Shown here: piece by piece, positions 1-9,623 of the stretch
Numbering within the stretch: the stretch's first letter is position 1
Layout of the letters: each line of letters opens with the position of its first letter
DNA from: Thermodesulfobacteriota bacterium
GTDB taxonomy: Bacteria; Desulfobacterota_D; UBA1144; Nemesobacterales; UBA2774
Length of the DNA: 64,000 nt
NCBI GenBank assembly: GCA_965223335.1
Contig: OZ244991.1
Location: 986,130 to 1,050,129, forward strand
Direction of reading: 5' to 3'
Translations under genes and position numbers: made by a program
The notes under the pieces: generated by a model
Told to the model about the DNA's origin: nothing
The model's input: the letters and a program-made list of their open reading frames with translations, nothing else
Databases searched by the model: none

Positions 1-34
1 GTACTCAACTGACAACGGCAATATAGAGATCTCT

Positions 35-280
35 GTGGAATCCCCCGACAACTCGCTTAGGATTGAGATTGCCGACAACGGTATCGGTATACCCAAGGAG
101 CATCTGCCGAGGATATTCGAGCGTTTTTACAGGGTAGATAAAACCAGGTCGAGAAAGATTGGGGGCACGGGACTAGGACTCAGTATTGTTAAACACATAG
201 TGCTTATGCACGGGGGAAAGATCGAGGTTGAAAGCGAAGAGGGTAACGGCAGCAAATTCATAATCTCTCTACCGCTCTAA
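35..280 (+). CDS. sensor histidine kinase, C-terminal HATPase_c fragment (5' end lies outside the window)
   Basis: Translation contains G-box motifs (DNGIGIP, GGTGLGLSIVK) typical of the HATPase_c domain; the ORF is open to the window edge. Confidence 0.6.
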   Translation: MESPDNSLRIEIADNGIGIPKEHLPRIFERFYRVDKTRSRKIGGTGLGLSIVKHIVLMHGGKIEVESEEGNGSKFIISLPL

Positions 281-387
281 ATTGATACTACTGCTCAGTT
301 GCCAAGTTGTTTAATGGCCGTAACAATACGTAACCCTAAATAGCTAGAGACATACCTACATTATATTAAGGTATGGGGTCCGGCTCA

Positions 388-1470
388 TTAATTACCGGCG
401 GGATAAGAGCCCAGCACTTTTAGAAAGGTGGCGTTGCGACGAACCCGCCCTAGAAGCTTTTTTATCCTTTCATCCTCTAGGTGGCCCTCGAAGTCGACGA
501 AAAACATGTACTCCCAGGGGCTCTGCTTAGAGGGTCTCGATTCTATTTTCGTAAGGTTGATCCTAGCTTCACCGAAGGGCTTGAAAAAATATCTGTCCAG
601 CGCCCCGGGTTTATCCTTTAGCGAGAACACTATCGATGTCTTATCCCTAACACTTGGCCCGGGGATGTCGTGTCCTATCACAAAAAACCTTGTCGAGTTA
701 TCGAGCGTGTCCTCAATATTTTTCTTAAGCACATTGAGCTTATATATAGACGATGCATACTCGCTTCCGATAGCGGCAAAGTTTTTCCTGCGCGTAGCCA
801 TCCGCACGGCCTCTGCGGTGCTTGGGGTTTCTATGTACTCGACCCCGCTTAGGTTGGCGTTTAGCCACTTCCTGCACTGCCCCAGAGCCTGGGGGTGGGA
901 CGCTACGGTTTTTATATCCTTAATACTTGTTGATTTAGAGATTAAGAAGTGCTTTATGCTCTCATAACACTCCGACACCACCCTTGCCTCCGAGGTTGTG
1001 AGTATATCGAGCACAGCACCTATCGAGCCCTCGATAGAGTTCTCAACCGGCACCACTCCGTAGTCGGCACGCAGGTTCTCTATCTCCTCAAAGACCTCGT
1101 TAAAACCCCCAACGGGCGAGTACACCGCGGTGTTGCCAAACTCTTTATGGGCGGCCTGGTGCGAAAAACTCCCCTTCGGACCCAGGTAAGCGATCTTAAG
1201 CGGTTGCTGCAGCCCGCGGCAAGCCGAGATTATCTCCCTAAATATAGCAATAACGGACGAGTCTTTTAGCGGGCCCTTGTTAAGCTCTTTTAGCGCCCTT
1301 TCTATCTCTTTTTCCCTAACCGGGTCATATACGCTAAATTCCTTCTCGTTCTTTAGGTTCCTTATATTAAGCGCAACATTGGCCCTTTTGTTCAAAAGCC
1401 GCAAGAGGTCTTTATCTATCTGATCAATGATCTTTCGTAACTTGCTTAGATTAGCTGGTGGGCCCATTTT
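388..1470 (-). CDS. pheA: bifunctional chorismate mutase / prephenate dehydratase (P-protein)
   Basis: N-terminal chorismate mutase-like helix (LSKLRKIIDQIDKDLLRLLNKR), central prephenate dehydratase domain (TSEARVVSECYESIKHFL...ASHPQALGQC) and C-terminal ACT domain. The ORF extends to 1524; an internal Met at 1470 fits the usual chorismate mutase start better. Confidence 0.8.
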   Translation of the reverse strand, partial: KMGPPANLSKLRKIIDQIDKDLLRLLNKRANVALNIRNLKNEKEFSVYDPVREKEIERALKELNKGPLKDSSVIAIFREIISACRGLQQPLKIAYLGPKGSFSHQAAHKEFGNTAVYSPVGGFNEVFEEIENLRADYGVVPVENSIEGSIGAVLDILTTSEARVVSECYESIKHFLISKSTSIKDIKTVASHPQALGQCRKWLNANLSGVEYIETPSTAEAVRMATRRKNFAAIGSEYASSIYKLNVLKKNIEDTLDNSTRFFVIGHDIPGPSVRDKTSIVFSLKDKPGALDRYFFKPFGEARINLTKIESRPSKQSPWEYMFFVDFEGHLEDERIKKLLGRVRRNATFLKVLGSYPAGN

Positions 1471-1576
1471 TTTATCAATTCGGGGGATTCGCACAATGAT
1501 AGCAATAGCCTTTATTATTGTCAAATACCATAAATACTGATCACATTTGTGTTATATATCCGTTAGTTACGGTTTG

Positions 1577-2131
1577 TTAAATCCCTCGTTTATCCCCCTT
1601 TTCGTTTTTTAGAGACGCTTTATCAATCACGGACTGGTCTACATATATAGGCACACCCAACCTCGCGGCCAGCGCTAGGGCATCGCTTGGCCTTGCATCG
1701 ATTTTAGATTTTTTGTTGCCGCTTGAAATCCGTACCTCGGCATAGTAAACACTGTCGCGGAGGTCTACAATCACTACCTGCTCTACCTGGGCGTCGAGGG
1801 TCCTTAGAATAGCTGCAAACAGGTCATAGGTAAGCGGTCTAGGTGCTACGACCCCCGAGACCCCAATCTCAAGCGACCTTGCCTCACATAACCCTATCCA
1901 TATGGGGAGCAACTCTCCTCCTTCCTTGTCGCTAAGCACCACCACAGGGCTCCCCACTGCCTGGTCAAATCCCATGCCCTTTATCTCCATCTCGTGCAAT
2001 CCATTTTCGGGTACGGTTTTCTTCTTTACTTCCTCGCCCCCAGCAGATACAAGCATCAACGCCATCAATACCACGACAACCCCGGTGATTCGAGTACACT
2101 TCCCCACGGCACACCTCCTTAGCTTTTTCAC
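1577..2131 (-). CDS. bifunctional nuclease (BFN/DUF151) domain protein with N-terminal TM/signal segment
   Basis: LPIWIGLCEA...RPLTYDLF...RPSDALALAARLGVPIYV matches the conserved DUF151 nuclease core; hydrophobic N-terminus. Confidence 0.6.
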   Translation of the reverse strand: MKKLRRCAVGKCTRITGVVVVLMALMLVSAGGEEVKKKTVPENGLHEMEIKGMGFDQAVGSPVVVLSDKEGGELLPIWIGLCEARSLEIGVSGVVAPRPLTYDLFAAILRTLDAQVEQVVIVDLRDSVYYAEVRISSGNKKSKIDARPSDALALAARLGVPIYVDQSVIDKASLKNEKGDKRGI

Positions 2132-2304
2132 TTCTACTTATAATACAGGACTTACCCCCAATACTCGGGATGATCTAAGAAATTTGATAAATAGTCGCAC
2201 CACCACAATATCATTGTACGCTATCCGTATCACTATTTATATCATATACAGAAATTTCGGTTGGTAGCACTAAAGGGATTTTTAGGTTTTTAGGAAAATC
2301 TGCG

Positions 2305-2571
2305 TTACTTCTCTCCGATTATATATAGACAGCCCCTCTCACCTACAACGGCCGAGTGCACCTCGTTCGCAAGTACATCGAACCGGTCCCCGGGCCCGTA
2401 GGTAACTGTTTCACCGCCCGAGGTAATAGTGATCTCACCCTCGAGCACTATGTGTGCTGTGGTCCCGCGGTGTGTGTGTTCGGGGTAATGAGCGTTTGGC
2501 GGGTCGCGGTGCGTGAATACACCCGAAAACCCTTCGTCAATAAGATTTTCTATTAACTTATTTTCATTCAT
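2305..2571 (-). CDS. cupin domain protein
   Basis: Small 88 aa protein with the His-rich cupin motif pattern (HTHRGTTAHIVLEGE...GPGDRFDV...EVHS). Confidence 0.55.
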   Translation of the reverse strand: MNENKLIENLIDEGFSGVFTHRDPPNAHYPEHTHRGTTAHIVLEGEITITSGGETVTYGPGDRFDVLANEVHSAVVGERGCLYIIGEK

Positions 2572-2598
2572 TTTAGGTTCAAATTGGTAGCATAAGGA

Positions 2599-3495
2599 TC
2601 AAAAACGTGTCACAGAGCCCTTTTGAAATCTGGGTTGATCGATTGTGCCTATAATCTTCCCGCCCAGGCTCCCGTCTCGCTGGCGCTCGAGATAAGAGGT
2701 GAGTATCTGCTTGTACTTCGAGTACTCGGGCCCGGTGATCTGTACCCTAAACCCAAGGTCTATGCGCCCCGTGCCTGGCAGCTTCCAAAGTAGCGGTGTG
2801 GTGCCCGTGACCTCCATATTGATACCGTTACCGCTTAGCTTAAGCTGGTCGATAACCGTACTCTCACCGCCTATGTGTCCGTTTAGGTTTGTAGTTAAAC
2901 CCGATAGAGCCGGGAGTGTGAACTGACCTAGCTTAAGGTTGCTAAGCTCCATGCCGTCTACTACAAAATTAAACTCACCCTCGGGTATACCTTCCATCCC
3001 CACGCTAAGCTCTCCGTTTACGGGACCGCTTATTGTGAATTTGTTATTACTCTCTCTGGACATAAAGAAAGGCAGCACATCTATGTCCACTCCTTCCAGT
3101 TTTGCCCTCACGCTGTTTACGGCTTTTTGCTCCGAGTTATACCTCAAAACCCCGTCTACACTACCCCCCGCGACCCCAGCACTATAGCCGAGCTTCTTGT
3201 TTTTGAACAAGAGACTAAGCAGCCCGGGTTTAAGCCTAAGGTTATCAATCTCTAGGGATTCGCTTGGGGACTTAATCAGTTTTACCTTCTCTATCTTAAG
3301 ACCCAGAATACCTGCAAGCGATGCCCCCGTGACCTCTGCTACATAAGGAGTGTTTCTTTCGATTTCGGCTACTATTTTATTCTCTATAATCTCCGAGGGA
3401 AACGTGATGTAGAGGAATATAAAAAACGCAATCACAAAAAATAGCGAGTATGAAACCGGTTTAAAGTAGCGTGACTTCATAAATCGATCTTTCAT
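2599..3495 (-). CDS. type II secretion GspN-like periplasmic protein (N-terminal TM anchor)
   Basis: One N-terminal TM followed by a ~260 aa periplasmic domain; lies immediately downstream of GspL/GspM-like genes in the same orientation. Confidence 0.4.
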   Translation of the reverse strand: MKDRFMKSRYFKPVSYSLFFVIAFFIFLYITFPSEIIENKIVAEIERNTPYVAEVTGASLAGILGLKIEKVKLIKSPSESLEIDNLRLKPGLLSLLFKNKKLGYSAGVAGGSVDGVLRYNSEQKAVNSVRAKLEGVDIDVLPFFMSRESNNKFTISGPVNGELSVGMEGIPEGEFNFVVDGMELSNLKLGQFTLPALSGLTTNLNGHIGGESTVIDQLKLSGNGINMEVTGTTPLLWKLPGTGRIDLGFRVQITGPEYSKYKQILTSYLERQRDGSLGGKIIGTIDQPRFQKGSVTRF

Positions 3496-3497
3496 AG

Positions 3498-4097
3498 CTA
3501 AATAACCCTATTGAACTTGAACGACGAGATCCTAAGCGATACGTTCATTAGATCCGGTTTATCGAACTTTGTCTTTATCCTCAGATTCGAGACCTTAAGA
3601 AAGGCCTGTCTCGACTGCAGTTTATATAGTATATCGAGTAAATCCCTAAGCGATACCTGTTTTAGGTCAACATCTACACTCTTTTCCGAGTAGAAGTCCT
3701 CGGGCTCAGGGGCCCTGGTGTTTACATCCTTTATTGAAAAGTTTTTACGCTCTATGTTCTCATCGATCAGTATTTTTTCCACCACAGATATGAGTGCTTC
3801 TTCCTCGGTCTTTATCTTTGTCGAGAGTTCCCTGATCTTTTGTTTCGACTCTATGTACTCTGTGCGAAGCGCCTTTATTTTCTCCAGGTCCGTGTGCAGC
3901 TCGATGTTTCTTTTCTCTAGCTTTGCAGCCCCCGAAGAAAACGAATGGAATACGAGATAGAGGATCATTAGAGATACACCTACAGCACCTATCATCACAG
4001 CCCTTCGGTCGCGCTCCGTAGACATCACGCGGTTTATAAATGTAAAAACCTTTTCCCTCAATTTTTGTGTGAACTCAGAAACTCTCTCTCTATTCAT
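3498..4097 (-). CDS. type II secretion GspM-like protein (bitopic, coiled-coil periplasmic domain)
   Basis: About 200 aa; short cytoplasmic N-terminus, single TM (AVMIGAVGVSLMILYLVF), Lys/Glu-rich coiled coil. Position between GspL-like and GspN-like genes. Confidence 0.45.
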   Translation of the reverse strand: MNRERVSEFTQKLREKVFTFINRVMSTERDRRAVMIGAVGVSLMILYLVFHSFSSGAAKLEKRNIELHTDLEKIKALRTEYIESKQKIRELSTKIKTEEEALISVVEKILIDENIERKNFSIKDVNTRAPEPEDFYSEKSVDVDLKQVSLRDLLDILYKLQSRQAFLKVSNLRIKTKFDKPDLMNVSLRISSFKFNRVI

Positions 4098-4101
4098 CTA
4101 G

Positions 4102-5562
4102 CTACACGCTCGTTTTCAGTACTAGCGACATCTCAAACTTTGTGCTGTTGTTCACAGCGTTTCCCGTCTGGTTAAGCGCCACGCGCTCAAACTTTCCCGA
4201 GCCCGAAAGCGCTTTTTCAATCTTGGCGACATCCTGATAGGAGCCGCACCTGCCCTTAATCTTCACAGTCTTATCGTTTTCAAACTTCACTTCATCAAGA
4301 GTCAAATTCATGCTCTTTGGGATGCTAAGCGATATATCCCTAAGCACATCAAGTGGTGTGGGCCCGCCCTCTACGCCCTCGATTGTGCGAAGCTTGTTAC
4401 GGACCTTTGCTACCTCGCTCTCCATAAACTGCTGTGGGCGGGGTATAACCTTAATCTCTGGGAAGGTCTCGCGCACTATCTCGTCTATCTGGGCCTGCGT
4501 TTGATTGACCTCGCTTCTAAGCTCAAAGTAACTGGAGGTAGAGCGATAGAGAAGCACGCAGAGCAGTAGCACCAATAAGATTGCCGGGGTCAAAAACAAC
4601 TTACGAAGCTCACTGTCGCGCCCCTCGTATTTAAACTCGTCCTTTCTATAATTGAGCTTCCCACTCGCAATAGAACTGCCGTAAAGAGCCAACGCATACG
4701 ACTTACCGTGTACACACGAGTTATCTACACCCAGATCCTGTATATACAGTTTTTTGACCTCTCTACCGAGCCCGCTGCCGAGGTTATCTACAACACCAGG
4801 CACAAGTGCGATACTCCCGCTTACCAATATGGATTTAATCTCCTGCCTAAGCTCGGTCTCAAAAAACTGTACGGTTCTCCTAACCTCTGCTACCAATGGC
4901 CCCAGGCCCTCTTGTAAAGCAGCGTAGGAAGAGTCCGAGTCCACATCGCTCCCGCCACTGCTTGGGTCCAGTAACCCGGATACATCCAACGACGACGATC
5001 TCACCCTCTTAAGCCCAGCGTCATCAAACAGAGAGAAACTCAAGCCGCTCTCGTCCATATTAACCAGCAGTAGCGGGCGTTCACCCACAAGCTCGTCGTT
5101 TAGCGAGGAAAAGGCAAACGGAGTGTAAGTAACAACCTTGGGGTCAAGCCCCCCGCCCTCACAGATATCCAGAACGTTTTTTATGCTCTCTTTCTCGTAT
5201 ACCGCTACGAGTGCTTCACTGCCGCCCTCTGATTTCACAAGGTGATAGCCATGAATCTTCTCGCCCGGATCAAACGTAGACACACCCTCAAGCTCAAACT
5301 CATAGACCTGATCTATTTTCTTGGGATCGGTAAACGGAAAACTTATGACCCTGACAGATATGGGGCCCTCAGAAACAGATGCAGCGACATCACCCTTTGG
5401 AAGAGAGTTTTCGGTAAAAGCTTTGGATAGAGCACTCGATACGTCTTCGGTGACTGGTACCCTTAGGGTTTGGAGGAGTTGGAGCTCCCTAAAACCCCTT
5501 TTCACCAAACAGAGTCTTACCTCATTTTTACCAAAATCCAGACCTACAAATCTTCCGTACAT
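4102..5562 (-). CDS. GspL/PilM-like actin-fold ATPase-domain protein with TM and periplasmic domain
   Basis: N-terminal MYGRFVGLDFGKNEVRLCLV actin-like/PilM-GspL cytoplasmic domain (~320 aa), single TM (ILLVLLLCVLLY), ~145 aa periplasmic C-domain. This is the GspL architecture. Confidence 0.5.
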   Translation of the reverse strand: MYGRFVGLDFGKNEVRLCLVKRGFRELQLLQTLRVPVTEDVSSALSKAFTENSLPKGDVAASVSEGPISVRVISFPFTDPKKIDQVYEFELEGVSTFDPGEKIHGYHLVKSEGGSEALVAVYEKESIKNVLDICEGGGLDPKVVTYTPFAFSSLNDELVGERPLLLVNMDESGLSFSLFDDAGLKRVRSSSLDVSGLLDPSSGGSDVDSDSSYAALQEGLGPLVAEVRRTVQFFETELRQEIKSILVSGSIALVPGVVDNLGSGLGREVKKLYIQDLGVDNSCVHGKSYALALYGSSIASGKLNYRKDEFKYEGRDSELRKLFLTPAILLVLLLCVLLYRSTSSYFELRSEVNQTQAQIDEIVRETFPEIKVIPRPQQFMESEVAKVRNKLRTIEGVEGGPTPLDVLRDISLSIPKSMNLTLDEVKFENDKTVKIKGRCGSYQDVAKIEKALSGSGKFERVALNQTGNAVNNSTKFEMSLVLKTSV

Positions 5563-5629
5563 GTTTAAGTAAGTTACTTAATCTTATGGATTAAATCTAA
5601 AGTAAAGGTCTCTCAAAGTCAAATGTATA

Positions 5630-6385
5630 TTAAAGCGCTGTGGCTCTCAACAGACTAAATACGTTCACTATTTTTGCCCCATTACCCTTGAGCATCCGAG
5701 CACACTCGTTGGTAGTGGACCCAGTGGTAATTACATCATCCAAAAGCAATACCGACCTGCCGTCGAGCCTGCCTTTATCCGATACCTCAAATGCCCCCCT
5801 AACGTTGCGCTTACGCTCGGCCTCGTTTTTAATCTCGAATTGCGGGCGTGTGGGACGCAGTTTTCTAAGTAAAAAAGGGTCTGTGGGCACACCCAGCTCC
5901 CGGCCCACACTCTTTGCGAGTATATGCGACTGATTAAATTCCCTTTCCCTCAGTTTAGTTATATGCAGTGGCACCGGTACCACAAGATCAATCTCTTCGA
6001 AATCCACCGGGTAGTTGTCGACAAGCACTCTGCTCAGTATCTCCGAGAGACCAAGTTTTCCTTCGTATTTAAAGCCGTGGAGGAGTTCCCTTAGCTTTCC
6101 CCGATAAAAAGCAACCGACCTCGCCTTATTAAAAATATACTGCCCCTTAATACACTTCCCGCACAGATGGCTGTCATCACCCCCGTATTCATCCCCCCAG
6201 CTTTCATATCCAAACGGCGTGCCACAGCACACACACTGAGCCCGCTCACCAAGGAGTTCAATTTCCGAAGAGCAACCCCCACATAGCCCGCTTCCCTCAG
6301 CCCTATCCAAAACACTTTCACATACAGGGCATAAGCGCGGGAAAACAAGGTCTAAAACTGCCGATAAACCCAGAATTGGAGACAC
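5630..6385 (-). CDS. ComF family protein (double zinc ribbon plus phosphoribosyltransferase domain)
   Basis: N-terminal CPVC...CGGC...CVCC...CGKC zinc-ribbon cysteines; C-terminal PRTase motif LLLDDVITTGSTTNECARMLK. Confidence 0.7.
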   Translation of the reverse strand: MSPILGLSAVLDLVFPRLCPVCESVLDRAEGSGLCGGCSSEIELLGERAQCVCCGTPFGYESWGDEYGGDDSHLCGKCIKGQYIFNKARSVAFYRGKLRELLHGFKYEGKLGLSEILSRVLVDNYPVDFEEIDLVVPVPLHITKLREREFNQSHILAKSVGRELGVPTDPFLLRKLRPTRPQFEIKNEAERKRNVRGAFEVSDKGRLDGRSVLLLDDVITTGSTTNECARMLKGNGAKIVNVFSLLRATAL

Positions 6386-6442
6386 CCCTATTAGATTTAG
6401 AAATCAAACACTATCTAAGTATACGGAAAACGACCCGGTTCC

Positions 6443-7543
6443 TCAGACTCTCATCGGCATAATCACCGAAACAAAATCCTCGCCCTCAAGCGGTTTTATC
6501 ACAGCCGGGCTAAGCTCATCTATAAACCCGAGCTTTACACTATCGCTGCCCACAACCTCAAGCACATCTATCAAGTACCTAGAGTTAAAACCCAGCTCCA
6601 CAACATCTCCGTCGTATTCCAAGGGCACCGTTTCCCTAGCCTCACCCACCTCGGGCGAGACCGATAGCAGTGTAATGCCCTCAGCGTCTAACTTCAATTT
6701 CACACTCCTGGTTTTCTCCGACGAGAGTATCGAGACCCTTTTAAGAGCGCTTAGAAACTGATCACGCTCCACCACCACGTCTATTTTGGTACTCTCAGGT
6801 GTAACCTGCTTATAATCCGGGAACTCGGCATCTATGAGCCTAGTGAAGAGCACTATATCCTCTCCCTCGGCCATAAAGAAATTATCCCCAAACCCCATGT
6901 TAATTTTCTCAGAAAGTTTAAGTATCTTTTTTATCTCACCCACACCCTTTTTAGGCACCACAAGCCCGCCGTCAAGCACAACCCCTCCCTCTATCACCTT
7001 CTCCACAAGCGATAGTCTGTGCCCGTCGGTGGCTACGAGGCGGAGTTTTGAGTCACCTGCGTTTTCAAAATATATCCCCGATAGATTTCTCCTAAGCTCA
7101 TCCACCGACACCGCAAATATCGTTTTATCTATCATATCTTCCAGGTCTGCACTACCCACACTAAAAGTATCTCTTGTGTCCACCTCGGGGATCGCTGGGA
7201 AATCCTCACTCGGGAGCCCCGCGATTTTAAAACTCGCATAATCCTTCCTTAGCTCCACCCAGTGGTTTCCAATCTCCTCAATCTCTACCTCGCCACCCGG
7301 AAACTCCTTTATTATCTCAAAGAGCTTTCTAGCCGGTAACGCAATCCCCCCCTCCTTACCTACCTCTGCGTCACAATGGGTCTTAATACTCGTTTCAAGA
7401 TCCGTAGTGCTTAGCTCTATTTTAGAGGCCCGGGCCTCTACGAGTACATGCGAGAGAACCGGCATCGTAGCCCTTCGCTCAGCTATACCCTGTATCAACC
7501 CCAGTTTTTGGGAAAACAGGTTTACATCCGTCGTAAATTTCAT
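6443..7543 (-). CDS. dnaN: DNA polymerase III beta subunit (sliding clamp)
   Basis: 366 aa with a three-domain clamp pattern; N-terminus MKFTTDVNLFSQKLGLIQGIAERRATMPVLSHVLVEA is typical of DnaN. Sits immediately downstream of dnaA. Confidence 0.9.
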   Translation of the reverse strand: MKFTTDVNLFSQKLGLIQGIAERRATMPVLSHVLVEARASKIELSTTDLETSIKTHCDAEVGKEGGIALPARKLFEIIKEFPGGEVEIEEIGNHWVELRKDYASFKIAGLPSEDFPAIPEVDTRDTFSVGSADLEDMIDKTIFAVSVDELRRNLSGIYFENAGDSKLRLVATDGHRLSLVEKVIEGGVVLDGGLVVPKKGVGEIKKILKLSEKINMGFGDNFFMAEGEDIVLFTRLIDAEFPDYKQVTPESTKIDVVVERDQFLSALKRVSILSSEKTRSVKLKLDAEGITLLSVSPEVGEARETVPLEYDGDVVELGFNSRYLIDVLEVVGSDSVKLGFIDELSPAVIKPLEGEDFVSVIMPMRV

Positions 7544-7793
7544 TATCTCTACTCCTGTTAATAATTACATATACTTAATATTCTATATAGTAGTAATAGT
7601 AGTAGGGCCTGTGAATTTGTGGAATCATACCCTTACTCATTTTTATCACTGAAAATTTTGTGTTGATACATATGTTGGTAATTAGTGTGTTTGTCAACAT
7701 TTGTTAACAAGGCTTAAATCAGTCCTTAACCAAACATTGATTTTTCCACAACCATTCATAGCCTGTATACAGACCTATAAACTGTTTATCTAC

Positions 7794-9296
7794 CTAGCGT
7801 ATGGACTCTATCTTAGAAGAGAGCGTGTGTATGGTGTTCTTAAAATCCGGGTCGTCTTCAAGCATCCTCTCTATCTTTTTCACAGCGTGTATCACGGTGG
7901 AATGGTCCTTCCCGCCAAACTTCTCACCAATCTCCGGGTAAGATGCCCCTGTATATCTCCTGGACAGATACATTGTGACCTGTCGGGGAAAGGCTATGTT
8001 TTTTTGTTTCTTTTCTGATTTTAGGTCCTGCAGTTTTATACCGTAGAACTGAGCCACCTCTTTTTGAATTGACTCGATGCTTAGTATCCGGGCCTCTTGC
8101 CCCCTGAGCAGGTTTCTGTGCACCTCTTTGGCCAGCTCCACTGTTATCTCGGTTTTAAGCAGTTTAGCGTACGCGATTATATTAATCAGAGTGCCCTCAA
8201 GCTCCCTTATATTCGAGATGGTGTTTTGTGCTAGGTAAAGCGCTACCTCGTCGGGCATAGGCACGCCCTCTGATTCCGCCTTGTTTTTTATTATAGCAAT
8301 CCTGGTTTCGGTCTCAGGGGGTTGGATATCGGTAATAAGCCCCCACTCGAACCGTGATCTCAGCCTCTCTTCCAGGTAAGACATATCCTTTGGGGATTTA
8401 TCGCTTGTGAGCACTATCTGTTTCTTAGATTCATAGAGGGTGTTAAAGGTATGGAAAAACTCTTCCTGGGTGCTCTCTTTGCCGGCAATAAACTGTATAT
8501 CGTCAATTAGCAGCACATCACAGCCGAACCTGTAACGGTTTCGAAACTCCTCCATCTTATTGGACTTTATGCTGTTTATAACCTGGTTTGTAAAGTGCTC
8601 TGCCGATATGCAGCATATCCTTGCCATGTTAGAGGTCGAATGCAGTATGTGGTTGCCTATGGCGTTTATGAGGTGGGTTTTACCGAGCCCCACCCCACCG
8701 TAAATAAATAGCGGGTTATAGGCCTCGCCCGGTTTCATTGCCACTGCGGTAGAGGCCGCGTGTGCAAACTGGTTGCTCGGGCCCACTATGAATCTATCAA
8801 AAGAGTAGGTCTGGTTGAGGACACCTGTAAATAGCCTGTTTTCTTCGGGTTTGGGCTCTTTTGCTCTCGGGGGTGCGGGCTCCCTCGGCTTCTCCACAAG
8901 CGGTTCAGCCGTAATAATAATCTCCAGTTCCCTCCCCGAGACCTCTTTTACCGTGTCGCTTATAAAATCCAGGTAGTGGTTATTGATCCAGTCGCGGTCA
9001 AACTCGCTTTTCGCTATCAGTGTTAATACCCCGTCCTGCTCACTCAAGGGCTTTAGGTGTGCGAACCAAAAAAACACCTGGGGATTAGATTTCTTTTTAA
9101 TCTGCTCGAGTATCTCGTCCCATCTCTGATCCCAGTATGAGTCTGCTTGTGGTTGGTTTGGTACTGATGAAGAGTCATGGGACCCGGGGTTATCAACAAC
9201 CGATATACCTTGAGCCGACTCCACCCCTTGGTCATCTGTAAGATCTTGTAGTAGTGATTTGAATTCCCTTCCCAGGTTGGTAGTTTTTGTTGTCAC
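7794..9296 (-). CDS. dnaA: chromosomal replication initiator protein DnaA
   Basis: Walker A GVGLGKTHLINAIGN, Walker B LLIDDIQFIAGK, AAA+ sensor and C-terminal DnaA-box binding domain (FGGKDHSTVIHAVKKIE). Confidence 0.92.
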   Translation of the reverse strand: MTTKTTNLGREFKSLLQDLTDDQGVESAQGISVVDNPGSHDSSSVPNQPQADSYWDQRWDEILEQIKKKSNPQVFFWFAHLKPLSEQDGVLTLIAKSEFDRDWINNHYLDFISDTVKEVSGRELEIIITAEPLVEKPREPAPPRAKEPKPEENRLFTGVLNQTYSFDRFIVGPSNQFAHAASTAVAMKPGEAYNPLFIYGGVGLGKTHLINAIGNHILHSTSNMARICCISAEHFTNQVINSIKSNKMEEFRNRYRFGCDVLLIDDIQFIAGKESTQEEFFHTFNTLYESKKQIVLTSDKSPKDMSYLEERLRSRFEWGLITDIQPPETETRIAIIKNKAESEGVPMPDEVALYLAQNTISNIRELEGTLINIIAYAKLLKTEITVELAKEVHRNLLRGQEARILSIESIQKEVAQFYGIKLQDLKSEKKQKNIAFPRQVTMYLSRRYTGASYPEIGEKFGGKDHSTVIHAVKKIERMLEDDPDFKNTIHTLSSKIESIR

Positions 9297-9623
9297 TTAT
9301 GTTCTCCATAGGCCGCGACTTGACGCAAAACACACGGACCCCACCCACAAATTATCAACATGTTGTGGATAACTTTATTGTTTTAATTGTATATGAAGTT
9401 TGCCCACCACCGACGGTATTTTACATCCTAACAGATGGTTAAAGTGATTGTCAAGTATTTTTTTAAAATTCCATGATTACAGAGGGTTAGACAACTTTTT
9501 GAGTGCTCGGGACTGTGCAAAATTTGTAGCATTTTTACAGGCAAAAAAACATATGCTACATATATCATATATACTTCAAAAAAAGAAAAATTGTATTATG
9601 TTAAATGGTTACCCACAGTCTGT
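9297..9623. other. putative oriC: AT-rich region upstream of dnaA with DnaA boxes and an AT-rich unwinding element
   Basis: Perfect DnaA box TGTGGATAA at 9365-9373; 1-mismatch boxes TTATCAACA (9351-9359) and TTACCCACA (~9609-9617); AT-rich stretch 9561-9610. Confidence 0.55.

Noticed and set aside
428-1269. Plus-strand ORFs 428-967, 670-852 and 949-1269
   Set aside because: They lie entirely inside the minus-strand pheA gene and have low-complexity, Ser/Leu-rich translations: antisense shadow ORFs.
6091-6348. 85-aa minus-strand ORF in an alternate frame within comF
   Set aside because: Nested in the ComF reading frame, which has zinc-ribbon and PRTase motifs. An alternative-frame artefact.
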